A stretch of 64,000 bases of DNA from the NCBI RefSeq assembly GCF_964355755.1, contig NC_092676.1:11966571-12030570 (forward strand), written 5' to 3'. Source of the DNA: Antedon mediterranea (Eukaryota > Animalia > Echinodermata). Positions 26,701-39,817 of the stretch are shown here, one piece after another (positions within the stretch are counted from its first letter, which is position 1; each line of letters starts with the position of its first letter). Under the pieces are notes generated by a model. The model did not search any database, was not told the origin of the DNA, and saw only the letters and a program-made list of their open reading frames with translations. A program made the position numbers and the translations under genes.

Positions 26701-29700
26701 AGTTTTATCGACATGCTCAAAATGGTTTAAAACGATTTCAAACACGGTATTAAGCTATTTTGTGCAATTTGATGTTTTTGTGTGAAAAGTTTTTTTCGAA
26801 ATGCACAAAATGGTCTAAAACGTCTCCAAATGCCATTTGAAGATATTCTGTGCACTTTGATGTTTTTGTGTGAAAAGTTTTATCGACATGCTCAAAATGG
26901 TTTAAAACGATTTCAAACACGGTATTAAGCTATTTTGTGCAATTTGATGTTTTTGTGTGAAAAGTTTTATCGAAATGCACAAAATGGTCTAAAACGTCTC
27001 TAAATGCGATTTGAAGCTATTTTGTACACTTTGATGTTTTTGTGTGAAAAGTTTTATCGAAATGCTCAAACTGTTCTAAAACGGTTTTAAATGTGATTTT
27101 AAGCACTTTGATGTTTTTGTGTAACCAAGTTTCATCGAAATGCACAATATGTTCTAAAACGTCTCCAAATGTGATTTGGAGATATTCTAAACACTTTGGT
27201 CTTTTTATGTTAACAAATTTTTTGGAAATGCACAAAATGGTCTAAAACGTTTCCAAATGCAATTTGAAGCTATTCTGTACACTTTGATATTTTGTTTGAA
27301 AAAGTTTTATCGAAATGTTCAAAATGGTCTAAAACGCTTTCAAATACGATATTAAGTTATTTTGTGCACTTTGATGTTTTTGTGTGAAAAGTTTTATCGA
27401 AATGCTCAAAATGGACTAAAACGGATTCAAATGTGATTTTAAGCACTTTTTTGATGTTTTTGTGTGAAAAGTTTTATCGAAATGCACAAAATGGTCTAAA
27501 ACGTCTCTAAATGCGATTTGAAGCTATGTTGTGCACTTTGATGTTTTTGTGTGAAAAGTTTTATCGAAATGCTCAAAATGGTCTAAAACGGTTTCAAATG
27601 TGATTTTAAGCACTTTGAGGTTTTTGTGTAACCAAGTTTCATCGAAATGCACAAAATGGTCTAAAACGTCTCCAAATGCGATTTGAAGCATTTCTAAGCA
27701 CTTTGGTGTTTTATGTTAACAAGTTTTTTCGGAAATCACAAAATGGTCTAAAACGTCTCTAAATGCGATTTGAAGCTATTCTAAGCACTTTGGTGTTTTT
27801 ATGTGAAAAGTTTTGTCGAATTGCATAAAATGGTCTAAGACATTTTCAAAGCATTAAGCTATTTTGTGCAATTTGATGTTTTTGTGTGAAAAGTTTTATC
27901 GAAATGCACAAAATGGTCTAAAACGTCTCTAAATGCGATTTGAAAGTAATTTGTGCACTTTGATGTTTTTGTGTGAAAAGTTTTATCGAAATGCTCAAAA
28001 TGCTCTAAAACGGTTTTAAATGTGATTTTAAGCACTTTGATGCTTTTGTGAAACCGAGTTTCATCGAAGTGCACAACATGGTCTAAAACGTCTCCAAATG
28101 CGATTTGAAGCTATTTTTTGCCCCTTGATGCTTTTGTGTGAAAAGTTTTATGAAAATGCTCAAAATGCTCTAAAACGGTTTTAAATGTGATTTTAAGCAC
28201 TTTGATGTTTTTGTGTAACCAAGTTTCATCGAAATGCACAAAATGGTCTAAAACGTCTCCAAAAGCAATTTGAAGCTATTCTAAGCACTTCGATGTTTTT
28301 ATGTTAAAAAGTGTTTTCGAAATGCACATTAATGGTCTAAAACGTTTCCAAATGCGATTTGAAGCTATTCTGTGCACTTTGATGTTTCTGTGTGAAAAGT
28401 TTTATCGACATGCTCAAAATGGTCTAAAACGTTTTCAAACACGATATTAAGCTATTTTGTGCAATTTCATGTTTTTGTGTGAAAAGTTTTATTGAAATGC
28501 ACAAAATGGTCTAAAACGTCTCCAAATGCGATTTGAAGCTATTTTGTGCACTTTGATGTTTTTGTGTGAAAAGTTTTATCGAAATGCTCAAAATGGTCTA
28601 AAACGGTTTCAAATCTGATTTTATGCACTTTGATGTTTTTGTGTAACCAAGTTTCATCGAAATGCACAAAATGGTATAAAACGTCTCTAAATGCGATTTG
28701 AAGCTATTTTGTGCACTTTGATGCTTTTGTGTGAAAAGTGTTATCGAAATGCTTAAAATGCTCTAAAACGGTTTTAAATGTGATTTTAAGCACTTTGATG
28801 TTTTTGTGTAACCAAGTTTCATCGAAATGAACAAAGTGGTCTAAAACGTCTCTAAATTCGAGTTGAAGCTATTCTAAGCACTTTGGTGTTTTTATGTGAA
28901 AAAGTTTTGTCGAATTGCACAAAATGGTCTAAGACATTTTCAAAGCATTAAGCTATTTTGTGCAATTTGATGTTTTTGTGTGAAAAGTTTTATCGAAATG
29001 CACAAAATGGTCTAAAACGTTTCTAAATGCGATTTGAAAGTAATTTGTGCACTTTGATGTTTTTGTGTGAAAAGTTTTATCGAAATGCTCAAAATGCTCT
29101 AAAACGGTTTTAAATGTGATTTTAAGCACTTTGATGCTTTTGTGAAACCAAGTTTCATCGAAGTGCACAAAATGGTCTAAAACGTCTCCAAATGCGATTT
29201 GAAGCTATTTTTTGCCCCTTGATGCTTTTGTGTGAAAAGTTTTATGAAAATACTCAAAATGCTCTAAAACGGTTTTAAATGTGATTTTAAGCACTTTGAT
29301 GTTTTTGTGTAACCAAGTTTCATCGAAATGCACAAAATGGTCTAAAACGTCTCCAAAAGCAATTTGAAGCTATTCTAAGCACTTCGATGTTTTCATGTTA
29401 AAAAGTGTTTTCGAAATGCACATTAATGGTATACAACGTTTCCAAATGCGATTTGAAGCTATTCTGTGCACTTTGATGTTTCTGTGTGAAAAGTTTTATC
29501 GACTTGCTCAAAATGGTCTAAAACGTTTTCAAACACGATATTAAGCTATTTTGTGCAATTTCATATTTTTGTGTGAAAAGTTTTATTGAAATGCACAAAA
29601 TGGTCTAAAACGTTCCAAATGCGATTTGAAGCTATTTTGTGCACTTTGATGTTTTTGTGTGAAAAGTTTTATCGAAATGCTCAAAATGGTCTAAAATGGT

Positions 29701-32700
29701 TTCAAATCTGATTTTATGCACTTTGATGTTTTTGTGTAACCAAGTTTCATCGAAATGCACAAAACGGTATAAAACGTCTCTAAATGCGATTTGAAGCTAT
29801 TTTGTGCACTTTGATGCTTTTGTGTGAAAAGTGTTATCGAAATGCTCTAAAATGGTTTTAAATGTGATTTTAAGCACTTTGATGTTTTTGTGTAACCAAG
29901 TTTCATCGAAATGCACAAAATGGTCTAAAACGTCTCCAAAAGCAATTTGAAGCTATTCTAAGCACTTCGATGTTTTTATGTTAAATAGTGTTTTCGAAAT
30001 GCAAATTAATGGTATAAAACGTTTCCAAATGCGATTTGAAGCTATTCTGTGCACTTTGATGTTTCTTCTGTGTGAAAAGTTTTATCGACATGCTCAAAAT
30101 GGTCTAAAACGTTTTCAAACACGATATTAAGCTATTTTGTGATATTTCATGTTTTTGTGTGAAAAGTTTTATTGAAATGCACAAAATGGTCTAAAACGGT
30201 TTCAAATGTGATTTTAAGCACTTTGATGTTTTTGTGTAACCAAGTTTCATCGAAATGCACAAAATGGTCTAAAACGTCTCCAAACACGGTATTAAGCTAT
30301 TTTGTGCAATTTGATGTTTTTGTGTGAAAAGTTTTATCGAAATGCTCAAAATGGTCTAAAACGGTTTCAAATGTGATTTTAAGCACTTTGATGTTTTTGT
30401 GTAACCAAGTTTCATCGAAATGCACAAAATGGTCTAAAACGTCTCCAAACACGGTATTAAGCTATTTTGTGCAATTTGATGTTTTTGTGTGAAAAGTTTT
30501 ATCGAAATGCACAAAATGGTCTAAAACGTCTCTAAATGCGATTTGAAGCTATTCTGTGCACTTTGATGTTTTTGTGTGAAAAGTTTTATCGACATGCTCA
30601 AAATGGTTAAAAACGATTTCAAACACGGTATTAAGCTATTTTGTGCAATTTGATGTTTTTGTGTGAAAAGTTTTATCGAAATGCACAAAATGGTCTAAAA
30701 CCTCTCTAAATGCGATTTGAAGCTATTTTGTACACTTTGATGTTTTTGTGTGAAAAGTTTTATCGAAATGCTCAAACTGTTCTAAAACGGTTTTAAATGT
30801 GATTTTAAGCACTTTGATGTTTTTGTGTAACCAAGTTTCATCGAAATGCACAATATGTTCTAAAACGTCTCCAAATGTGATTTGGAGATATTCTAAACAC
30901 TTTGGTCTTTTTATGTTAACAAATTTTTTGGAAATGCACAAAATGGTCTAAAACGTTTCCAAATGCAATTTGAAGCTATTCAGTACACTTTTATATTTTG
31001 TTTGAAAAAGTTTTATCGAAATGTTCAAAATGGTCTAAAACGCTTTCAAATACGATATTAAGTTATTTTGTGCACTTTGATGTTTTTGTGTGAAAAGTTT
31101 TATCGAAATGCTCAAAATGGACTAAAACGGATTCAAATGTGATTTTAAGCACTTTTTTGATGTTTTTGTGTGAAAAGTTTTATCGAAATGCACAAAATGG
31201 TCTAAAACGTCTCTAAATGCGATTTGAAGCTATGTTGTGCACTTTGATGTTTTTGTGTGAAAAATTTTATCGAAATGCTCAAAATGGTCTAAAACGGTTT
31301 CAAATGTGATTTTAAGCACTTTGAGGTTTTTGTGTAACCAAGTTTCATCGAAATGCACAAAATGGTCTAAAACGTCTCCAAATGCGATTTGAAGCATTTC
31401 TAAGCACTTTGGTGTTTTATGTTAACAAGTTTTTTCGGAAATCACAAAATGGTCTAAAACGTCTCTAAATGCGATTTGAAGCTATTCTAAGCACTTTGGT
31501 GTTTTTATGTGAAAAGTTTTGTCGAATTGCACAAAATGGTCTAAGACATTTTCAAAGCATTAAGCTATTTTGTGCAATTTGATGTTTTTGTGTGAAAAGT
31601 TTTATCGAAATGCACAAAATGGTCTAAAACGTCTCTAAATGCGATTTGAAAGTAATTTGTGCACTTTGATGTTTTTGTGTGAAAAGTTTTATCGAAATGC
31701 TCAAAATGCTCTAAAACGGTTTTAAATGTGATTTTAAGCACTTTGATGCTTTTGTGAAACCGAGTTTCATCGAAGTGCACAACATGGTCTAAAACGTCTC
31801 CAAATGCGATTTGAAGCTATTTTTTGCCCCTTGATGCTTTTGTGTGAAAAGTTTTATGAAAATGCTCAAAATGCTCTAAAACGGTTTTAAATGTGATTTT
31901 AAGCACTTTGATGTTTTTGTGTAACCAAGTTTCATCGAAATGCACAAAATGGTCTAAAACGTCTCCAAAAGCAATTTGAAGCTATTCTAAGCACTTCGAT
32001 GTTTTTATGTTAAAAAGTGTTTTCGAAATGCACATTAATGGTCTAAAACGTTTCCAAATGCGATTTGAAGCTATTCTGTGCACTTTGATGTTTCTGTGTG
32101 AAAAGTTTTATCGACATGCTCAAAATGGTCTAAAACGTTTTCAAACACGATATTAAGCTATTTTGTGCAATTTCATGTTTTTGTGTGAAAAGTTTTATTG
32201 AAATGCACAAAATGGTCTAAAACGTCTCCAAATGCGATTTGAAGCTATTTTGTGCACTTTGATGTTTTTGTGTGAAAAGTTTTATCGAAATTCTCAAAAT
32301 GGTCTAAAACGGTTTCAAATCTGATTTTATGCACTTTGATGTTTTTGTGTAACCAAGTTTCATCGAAATGCACAAAATGGTATAAAACGTCTCTAAATGC
32401 GATTTGAAGCTATTTTGTGCACTTTGATGCTTTTGTGTGAAAAGTGTTATCGAAATGCTTAAAATGCTCTAAAACGGTTTTAAATGTGATTTTAAGCACT
32501 TTGATGTTTTTGTGTAACCAAGTTTCATCGAAATGAACAAAGTGGTCTAAAACGTCTCTAAATTCGAGTTGAAGCTATTCTAAGCACTTTGGTGTTTTTA
32601 TGTGAAAAAGTTTTGTCGAATTGCACAAAATGGTCTAAGACATTTTCAAAGCATTAAGCTATTTTGTGCAATTTGATGTTTTTGTGTGAAAAGTTTTATC

Positions 32701-35700
32701 GAAATGCACAAAATGGTCTAAAACGTTTCTAAATGCGATTTGAAAGTAATTTGTGCACTTTGATGTTTTTGTGTGAAAAGTTTTATCGAAATGCTCAAAA
32801 TGCTCTAAAACGGTTTTAAATGTGAATTTAAGCACTTTGAGGTTTTTGTGTAACCAAGTTTCATCGAAATGCACAAAATGGTCTAAAACGTCTCCAAATG
32901 CGATTTGAAGCATTTCTAAGCACTTTGGTGTTTTATGTTAACAAGTTTTTTCGGAAATCACAAAATGGTCTAAAACGTCTCTAAATGCGATTTGAAGCTA
33001 TTCTAAGCACTTTGGTGTTTTTATGTGAAAAGTTTTGTCGAATTGCACAAAATGGTCTAAGACATTTTCAAAGCATTAAGCTATTTTGTGCAATTTGATG
33101 TTTTTGTGTGAAAAGTTTTATCGAAATGCACAAAATGGTCTAAAACGTCTCTAAATGCGATTTGAAAGTAATTTGTGCACTTTGATGTTTTTGTGTGAAA
33201 AGTTTTATCGAAATGCTCAAAATGCTCTAAAACGGTTTTAAATGTGATTTTAAGCACTTTGATGCTTTTGTGAAACCGAGTTTCATCGAAGTGCACAACA
33301 TGGTCTAAAACGTCTCCAAATGCGATTTGAAGCTATTTTTTGCCCCTTGATGCTTTTGTGTGAAAAGTTTTATGAAAATGCTCAAAATGCTCTAAAACGG
33401 TTTTAAATGTGATTTTAAGCACTTTGATGTTTTTGTGTAACCAAGTTTCATCGAAATGCACAAAATGGTCTAAAACGTCTCCAAAAGCAATTTGAAGCTA
33501 TTCTAAGCACTTCGATGTTTTTATGTTAAAAAGTGTTTTCGAAATGCACATTAATGGTCTAAAACGTTTCCAAATGCGATTTGAAGCTATTCTGTGCACT
33601 TTGATGTTTCTGTGTGAAAAGTTTTATCGACATGCTCAAAATGGTCTAAAACGTTTTCAAACACGATATTAAGCTATTTTGTGCAATTTCATGTTTTTGT
33701 GTGAAAAGTTTTATTGAAATGCACAAAATGGTCTAAAACGTCTCCAAATGCGATTTGAAGCTATTTTGTGCACTTTGATGTTTTTGTGTGAAAAGTTTTA
33801 TCGAAATTCTCAAAATGGTCTAAAACGGTTTCAAATCTGATTTTATGCACTTTGATGTTTTTGTGTAACCAAGTTTCATCGAAATGCACAAAATGGTATA
33901 AAACGTCTCTAAATGCGATTTGAAGCTATTTTGTGCACTTTGATGCTTTTGTGTGAAAAGTGTTATCGAAATGCTTAAAATGCTCTAAAACGGTTTTAAA
34001 TGTGATTTTAAGCACTTTGATGTTTTTGTGTAACCAAGTTTCATCGAAATGAACAAAGTGGTCTAAAACGTCTCTAAATTCGAGTTGAAGCTATTCTAAG
34101 CACTTTGGTGTTTTTATGTGAAAAAGTTTTGTCGAATTGCACAAAATGGTCTAAGACATTTTCAAAGCATTAAGCTATTTTGTGCAATTTGATGTTTTTG
34201 TGTGAAAAGTTTTATCGAAATGCACAAAATGGTCTAAAACGTTTCTAAATGCGATTTGAAAGTAATTTGTGCACTTTGATGTTTTTGTGTGAAAAGTTTT
34301 ATCGAAATGCTCAAAATGCTCTAAAACGGTTTTAAATGTGAATTTAAGCACTTTGATGCTTTTGTGAAACCAAGTTTCATCGAAGTGCACAAAATGGTCT
34401 AAAACGTCTCCAAATGCGATTTGAAGCTATTTTTTGCCCCTTGATGCTTTTGTGTGAAAAGTTTTATGAAAATACTCAAAATGCTCTAAAACGGTTTTAA
34501 ATGTGATTTTAAGCACTTTGATGTTTTTGTGTAACCAAGTTTCATCGAAATGCACAAAATGGTCTAAAACGTCTCCAAAAGCAATTTGAAGCTATTCTAA
34601 GCACTTCGATGTTTTTATGTTAAAAAGTGTTTTCGAAATGCACATTAATGGTATACAACGTTTCCAAATGCGATTTGAAGCTATTCTGTGCACTTTGATG
34701 TTTCTGTGTGAAAAGTTTTATCGACATGCTCAAAATGGTCTAAAACGTTTTCAAACACGATATTAAGCTATTTTGTGCAATTTCATATTTTTGTGTGAAA
34801 AGTTTTATTGAAATGCACAAAATGGTCTAAAACGTTCCAAATGCGATTTGAAGCTATTTTGTGCACTTTGATGTTTTTGTGTGAAAAGTTTTATCGAAAT
34901 GCTCAAAATGGTCTAAAATGGTTTCAAATCTGATTTTATGCACTTTGATGTTTTTGTGTAACCAAGTTTCATCGAAATGCACAAAACGGTATAAAACGTC
35001 TCTAAATGCGATTTGAAGCTATTTTGTGCACTTTGATGCTTTTGTGTGAAAAGTGTTATCGAAATGCTCTAAAATGGTTTTAAATGTGATTTTAAGCACT
35101 TTGATGTTTTTGTGTAACCAAGTTTCATCGAAATGCACAAAATGGTCTAAAACGTCTCCAAAAGCAATTTGAAGCTATTCTAAGCACTTCGATGTTTTTA
35201 TGTTAAAAAGTGTTTTCGAAATGCACATTAATGGTATAAAACGTTTCCAAATGCGATTTGAAGCTATTCTGTGCACTTTGATGTTTCTGTGTGAAAAGTT
35301 TTATCGACATGCTCAAAATGGTCTAAAACGTTTTCAAACACGATATTAAGCTATTTTGTGCAATTTCATGTTTTTGTGTGAAAAGTTTTATTGAAATGCA
35401 CAAAATGGTCTAAAACGTCTCCAAATGCGATTTGAAGCTATTTTGTGCACTTTGATGTTTTTGTGTGAAAAGTTTTATCGAAATGCTCAAAATGGTCTAA
35501 AACGGTTTCAAATCTGATTTTATGCACTTTGATGTTTTTGTGTAACCAAGTTTCATCGAAATGCACAAAATGGTATAAAACGTCTCTAAATGCGATTTGA
35601 AGCTATTTTGTGCACTTTGATGCTTTTGTGTGAAAAGTGTTATCGAAATGCTTAAAATGCTCTAAAACGGTTTTAAATGTGATTTCAAGCACTTTGATAT

Positions 35701-35909
35701 TTTTGTGTAACCAAGTTTCATCGAAATGCTCAAAGTGGTCTAAAACGTCTCCAAATGCGATTTGAAGATATTCTAAGCACTTTGTATTGGTCTTTTTATG
35801 TTAACACATTTTTTCGAAATCCATAAAATGGTCTAAAACGTCTCCAAATGCAATTTGAAGCTATTCTGTACACATTGATATTTTGTGTAACCAAGTTTCA
35901 TCGAAGTGC
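23769..35909 (+). repeat. 87/77-bp satellite array with higher-order repeats
   Basis: Consensus gctattttgtgcactttgatgtttttgtgtgaaaagttttatcgaaatgcacaaaatggtctaaaacgtctccaaatgcgatttgaa. Identical or near-identical ORF-track peptides recur at offsets of 1094, 1516 and 3706 bp. Confidence 0.98.
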
Positions 35910-36318
35910 TTAGAATAGCTTCAAATCGCATTTGGAGACGTTTTAGACCATTTTTGTGATTTTCGAAAAAACTTTTAAACATAAAAACACCAAATTGCTT
36001 AGAAATTCTTCAAATCGCATTTGGAGACGTTTTAGACCATTTTGTGCATTTCGATAAAACTTGGTTACACAAAAACATCAAAGTGCTTAAAATCACATTT
36101 GAAACCGTTTTAGACCATTTTGAGCATTTCGATAAAACTTTTCACACAAAAACATCAAAGTGTACAAAATAGCTTCAAATCGCATTTAGAGAGGTTTTAG
36201 ACCATTTTGTGCATTTCGATAAAACTTTTCACACAAAAACATCAAATTGCACCAAATAGCTTAATATCGTGTTTGAAAACGTTTTAAACCATTTTGAGCA
36301 TGTCGATAAAACTTTTCA
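35899..36318 (-). repeat. Inverted segment (~5 units) of the 87-bp satellite
   Basis: After catcgaagtgc the sequence reads ttagaatagcttcaaatcgcatttggagacgttttagacc, the reverse complement of the monomer. Confidence 0.97.
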
Positions 36319-37037
36319 TGAAGCAAGATTTGGTTCAACAAGTCAAAGATATGGTTGGCTTCACAGAGGAGCCTGATGAGGGCCAGTCCTATATGCCTGT
36401 GTGGTCGGATGATGAGCTCCCCGCTGCACAAACAGCACAACGCATTGATGAGTACACAAGTGGGCCAGAGGAAGTAGTTACAGATAGTCAAACCAGTGAT
36501 TTTGCTGACTTAGCAGCTGAATTTCGTACAGCCAAACTTACAGGGCCAGCTGTGGATGATAAATTGGCTACAATTGTAAGTGACCTGATTAGTGGAAGGA
36601 TACCCCCTGCAAAGATGACTGAGCTTACTGGAAAATATCTTCGACCACTCAACTGTGAAATGCTAATCACACCCAAGGTGAACTTACCTGTGTGGGGCCA
36701 GTTGAAACCTTCTACCAGGACCAATGATGTTGGGTTGCAGAAAGTGCAGGCACTGTTCGTAAACTCTATGTATGCTCTGCTCCAAGCATGTCACAAGGCC
36801 TCAGGTGATTTGAAAACTACATTGACGCATGCACTGGTTATAGCGCTGACTGCAAACCGGGAATTTAACCTGAAGCGAAGGGAGATGTTAAAACCAGACC
36901 TTAACGCACGATTTGTTGCACTCTGTGGGGTTACAACTCCCATAACTACAGAGCTCTTTGGAGATGATGTTACCAAACAGATAGACGATCTCTTCAAATC
37001 AAACAAACTTGGCGAGAAATTATCAGGTGCTAGATGA
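36318..37037 (+). CDS. gag: DIRS gag-like ORF, truncated; the first codons of the tracked ORF derive from satellite
   Basis: TGPAVDDKLATIV...KYLRPLNCEMLITPKVNLPVWGQL...RTNDVGLQKVQ...NLKRREMLKPDL...TELFGDD is a typical DIRS1 ORF1 signature. Confidence 0.85.
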   Translation: MKQDLVQQVKDMVGFTEEPDEGQSYMPVWSDDELPAAQTAQRIDEYTSGPEEVVTDSQTSDFADLAAEFRTAKLTGPAVDDKLATIVSDLISGRIPPAKMTELTGKYLRPLNCEMLITPKVNLPVWGQLKPSTRTNDVGLQKVQALFVNSMYALLQACHKASGDLKTTLTHALVIALTANREFNLKRREMLKPDLNARFVALCGVTTPITTELFGDDVTKQIDDLFKSNKLGEKLSGAR

Positions 37038-37239
37038 GGTCGAAAAAAACAGAACCGGGTAAATATAGAGTAATTTTCAACCTTAAGGAACTTAATGAGT
37101 ATGTCACTTATAGGCATTTAAAAGTGGACACGATAGATTCGGCAATAAAGCTTATGAAGCCGGGGTGTTTTATGTCATCCATCGACCTCCGGGACGCTTA
37201 TTATTCGGTGCCTATTGCAGCAAAGTATAGACGGTTTCT
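37034..37239 (+). pseudogene. DIRS reverse transcriptase fragment (N-terminal motifs only)
   Basis: KKTEPGKYRVIFNLKELNEYV...KVDTIDSAIKLMKPGCFMSSIDLRDAYYSVPIAAKYRRFL; truncated before the YxDD motif. Confidence 0.9.
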
Positions 37240-37998
37240 TACTCCTCGCTTAACATGGTTAGGTCAGCGTTAGCATGTTGCTTCACTGACTATCAGGGCA
37301 GGGAGGACCGACCCCTTACACATCATGTACTAGTGACCAAGTATATGAAAGGGGTTTTTAATTGCCGGTCTCCGGCTCCAAGGTACGCAGTTACCTGGGA
37401 CGCTAACATTGTTCTAGATTACTTAGCTCTAATGCAGCCATTAGATAAGTTGTCACTTAGGGATTTATCGTATAAACTAGTCATGTTGATGGCTCTAACG
37501 TCAGGGCAGAGATGCAATATGCTGGCGGGACTAGACACTAAGAGTATGATAAAGTCGGAAAACAGCTTTGATTTTTCAATTACTGTACTTGCTAAACAGG
37601 ACCGGCCCAATAAACTTTTTTCATCCCTAAGATTTAAGAAATATTCAAAACAGGAATTGTGTGTGTTTAATAGCCTCGAATCATATTTTGACCGTACACA
37701 GCCACTGAGAAGCGAGTCAAAACTGTGGATCTCGTATGTTAGACCATTTAAATCCGTTGGGGTTAGCACCATTGGCAGATGGCTTAAAACACTACTGGGC
37801 CTAGCAGGAATTGATACAGCTATGTTTACTGCACATAGTACAAGGGCAGCTAGTGCTTCTAAAGCCAGTAGGTCTATCCCGGTGGATGAAATTTTAAAAC
37901 ACATAGGTTGGGCCTCTGCTACTACGTTTAACAGGTATTAGAATAAGCCAATTGATAATAGTAACAAAAATGCATATGATGTTGCAGTATTACAATAG
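37240..37998 (+). pseudogene. DIRS tyrosine recombinase, N-terminally truncated, with a premature TAG near the catalytic Tyr
   Basis: YSSLNMVRSAL...KGVFNCRSPAPRYAVTWD...LTSGQR...FTAHSTRAASAS...IGWASATTFNRY*NKPI. Confidence 0.9.
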
Positions 37999-38125
37999 AG
38001 CAATAAAAATAACGTTGGCATGGCAACAAGTATTCTGTGTTGGATAATTTGTTCTTGTGTTCACTCTGCTTTAAAGTCTCATGGGAACCCGGAAGTTGCG
38101 TCACTGTTGATATGGTAGAATGGAA

Positions 38126-38387
38126 AATTAAACGAGGCTCACCTGTAAGGTGAAGTTTGATGTAAATTCTATCATATCAGCAGTGGCACTTCTGAGTTAA
38201 CATGCCCTTCCCTATTAGCTACCCGCCCTTATCGGGTTTTTCTTACCACGTCGGATCGTGCACACAAGGATTTGAAGTCTGATCTTAGCGGACACTGGTC
38301 GTGCCTCTCATGTTAGCCCAGAAGTGCCACTGCTGATATGGTAGAATTTACATCAAAATTCACCTTACAGGTAAGCCTCGTTTAATT
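38126..38387. repeat. DIRS internal complementary region (38126-38204) and 3' end of the right ITR (38309-38387): 79-bp inverted pair
   Basis: aattaaacgaggctcacctgtaaggtgaa...gttaacatg pairs with catgttagcc...caggtaagcctcgtttaatt with ~5 mismatches. Confidence 0.9.
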
Positions 38388-39817
38388 AGGTTATATTATC
38401 ATGCATATAACCTCTTGATTCTGTCAAAATCTTAGTTTATTTATTCTTTCCTTAGCATTATTTTGTCCGTGAATTATCTTGATATCAGTTTCATCTAGCT
38501 AAGTCAATTTTTCAGAGTATATTCCTTATGGCCAGGAATCGATGTGGTTATGTTTTCACGGTGCGCAATCAAACATTACGTGGTCTACGCGCGATTTAAC
38601 GAAATCACGTTTGTAATCATATCTTCACAAGCATGAATCATTTATAAACAAAATTTGGTACTCATAAATTTCAGGTCATATTTCATCATATGGCAATACA
38701 ATTACGTGCGTAGCGCATATAATGCATGCGTACGCGCGCTTAAAATTTTCAAAATTGTCAGAATTTATTTTCGATGAAATTAGAGTACGTTTCAGGCAAT
38801 TTTAAGCGTTTAAAAAATTACCATAAGTGCGCAGATTTTTGCACGCGCACTGCGCGTCAAACGTTGATGCGCACTTTTTTGTCCGATTACTGTTGTATAA
38901 CCTTTCTTTAATAATATCATCATATTTTATTCACTTTTCAAAGCGAAACAGCGTTATACGAGCACGTCGAAAAGTGACAGGCTACGCACGTGTAAGAAAA
39001 TATGCTAAAATTAAAATTAATATATATCGTTAGAATGCTCGGGAACAACTATTTTTTATTTCATTTTCTTGAAGTGTATGTATCATATGTATGATTTATT
39101 ATGAAATTAGGAGAAAAAAAGTTGAATAAGTCATCATTAATGGCAAATTAAATTTAAAAAAAATAATTTTGACAATCAAACAAATTATAACATTTTCTTC
39201 TTAGGCCGAAATAACAAACTTAACATTAACTTTCTTCCTTAAGAAGTTCATATATTAAAGTTAAAAGTATATAGTTTGACAGTGCATCATGTTTTTTAAT
39301 TTTTAAAGATGTCATCATAGTAAAAAATTAATCTATCTTCACCAAAGTGGTTATTGCATAGTAAATACATGGAAGAATCTTTCTACAACTTCTAGTCAGT
39401 TGTGTATGGCTCGGTGGTCTGTGCTCGTGTCTATGGCATTCAAGGTACCGAGATCGAGTCTCACCTTGGGAAACGAAACGAAATAAGTTTTTTTTTATTA
39501 TCCGTATTTTTTGTTCAATTTTATTTCTTAGTGTATAAATTATACATTTATAATGAAATCTAGATAAAAAGTAACTTATGTCTTTATTAATATATGTAAC
39601 AACAAATGTGGTTTATGACATTATACGCAGAGGGATCTTTGATCGGATTGTGATACCGGCTATTGTATTCGCGTTAGCAAGGTCCTATCATATATTATAA
39701 ATAATTAAAGATTCTGAGAAAAACAATCAATCAATATATCTTTAAAAAATCAATTATCTTTATTTAAATCAATGCATATAACCTATAATTCGTCATAGTG
39801 ACGAATTAAATCTAGTT
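38387..39817 (+). mobile_element. Non-autonomous Helentron-type element (HINE), ~1.43 kb
   Basis: 5' sub-terminal taggttatat with an adjacent inverted copy (atataacct, to 38413). The 3' end has atgcatataaccta (39772-85), stem-loop aattcgtca-tag-tgacgaatt (39787-39807) and a CTAGTT terminus. Confidence 0.8.
39398..39470 (+). other. Degenerate tRNA-derived segment inside the HINE
   Basis: A-box-like tggctcggtgg and B-box-like gagatcgagtct, followed by a T-rich tract. Confidence 0.4.

Larger units (their letters stand above)
36319..38387 (+). mobile_element. DIRS1-type tyrosine recombinase retrotransposon, 5'-truncated and internally deleted
   Basis: gag-like, RT and YR remnants in order, followed by an internal complementary region and a right terminal repeat. 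Confidence 0.92.

Noticed and set aside
24379-34390. Repeated 67-84 aa ORFs (HFDKTFHTKTSKCTK)
   Set aside because: Translations of the 87-bp satellite.
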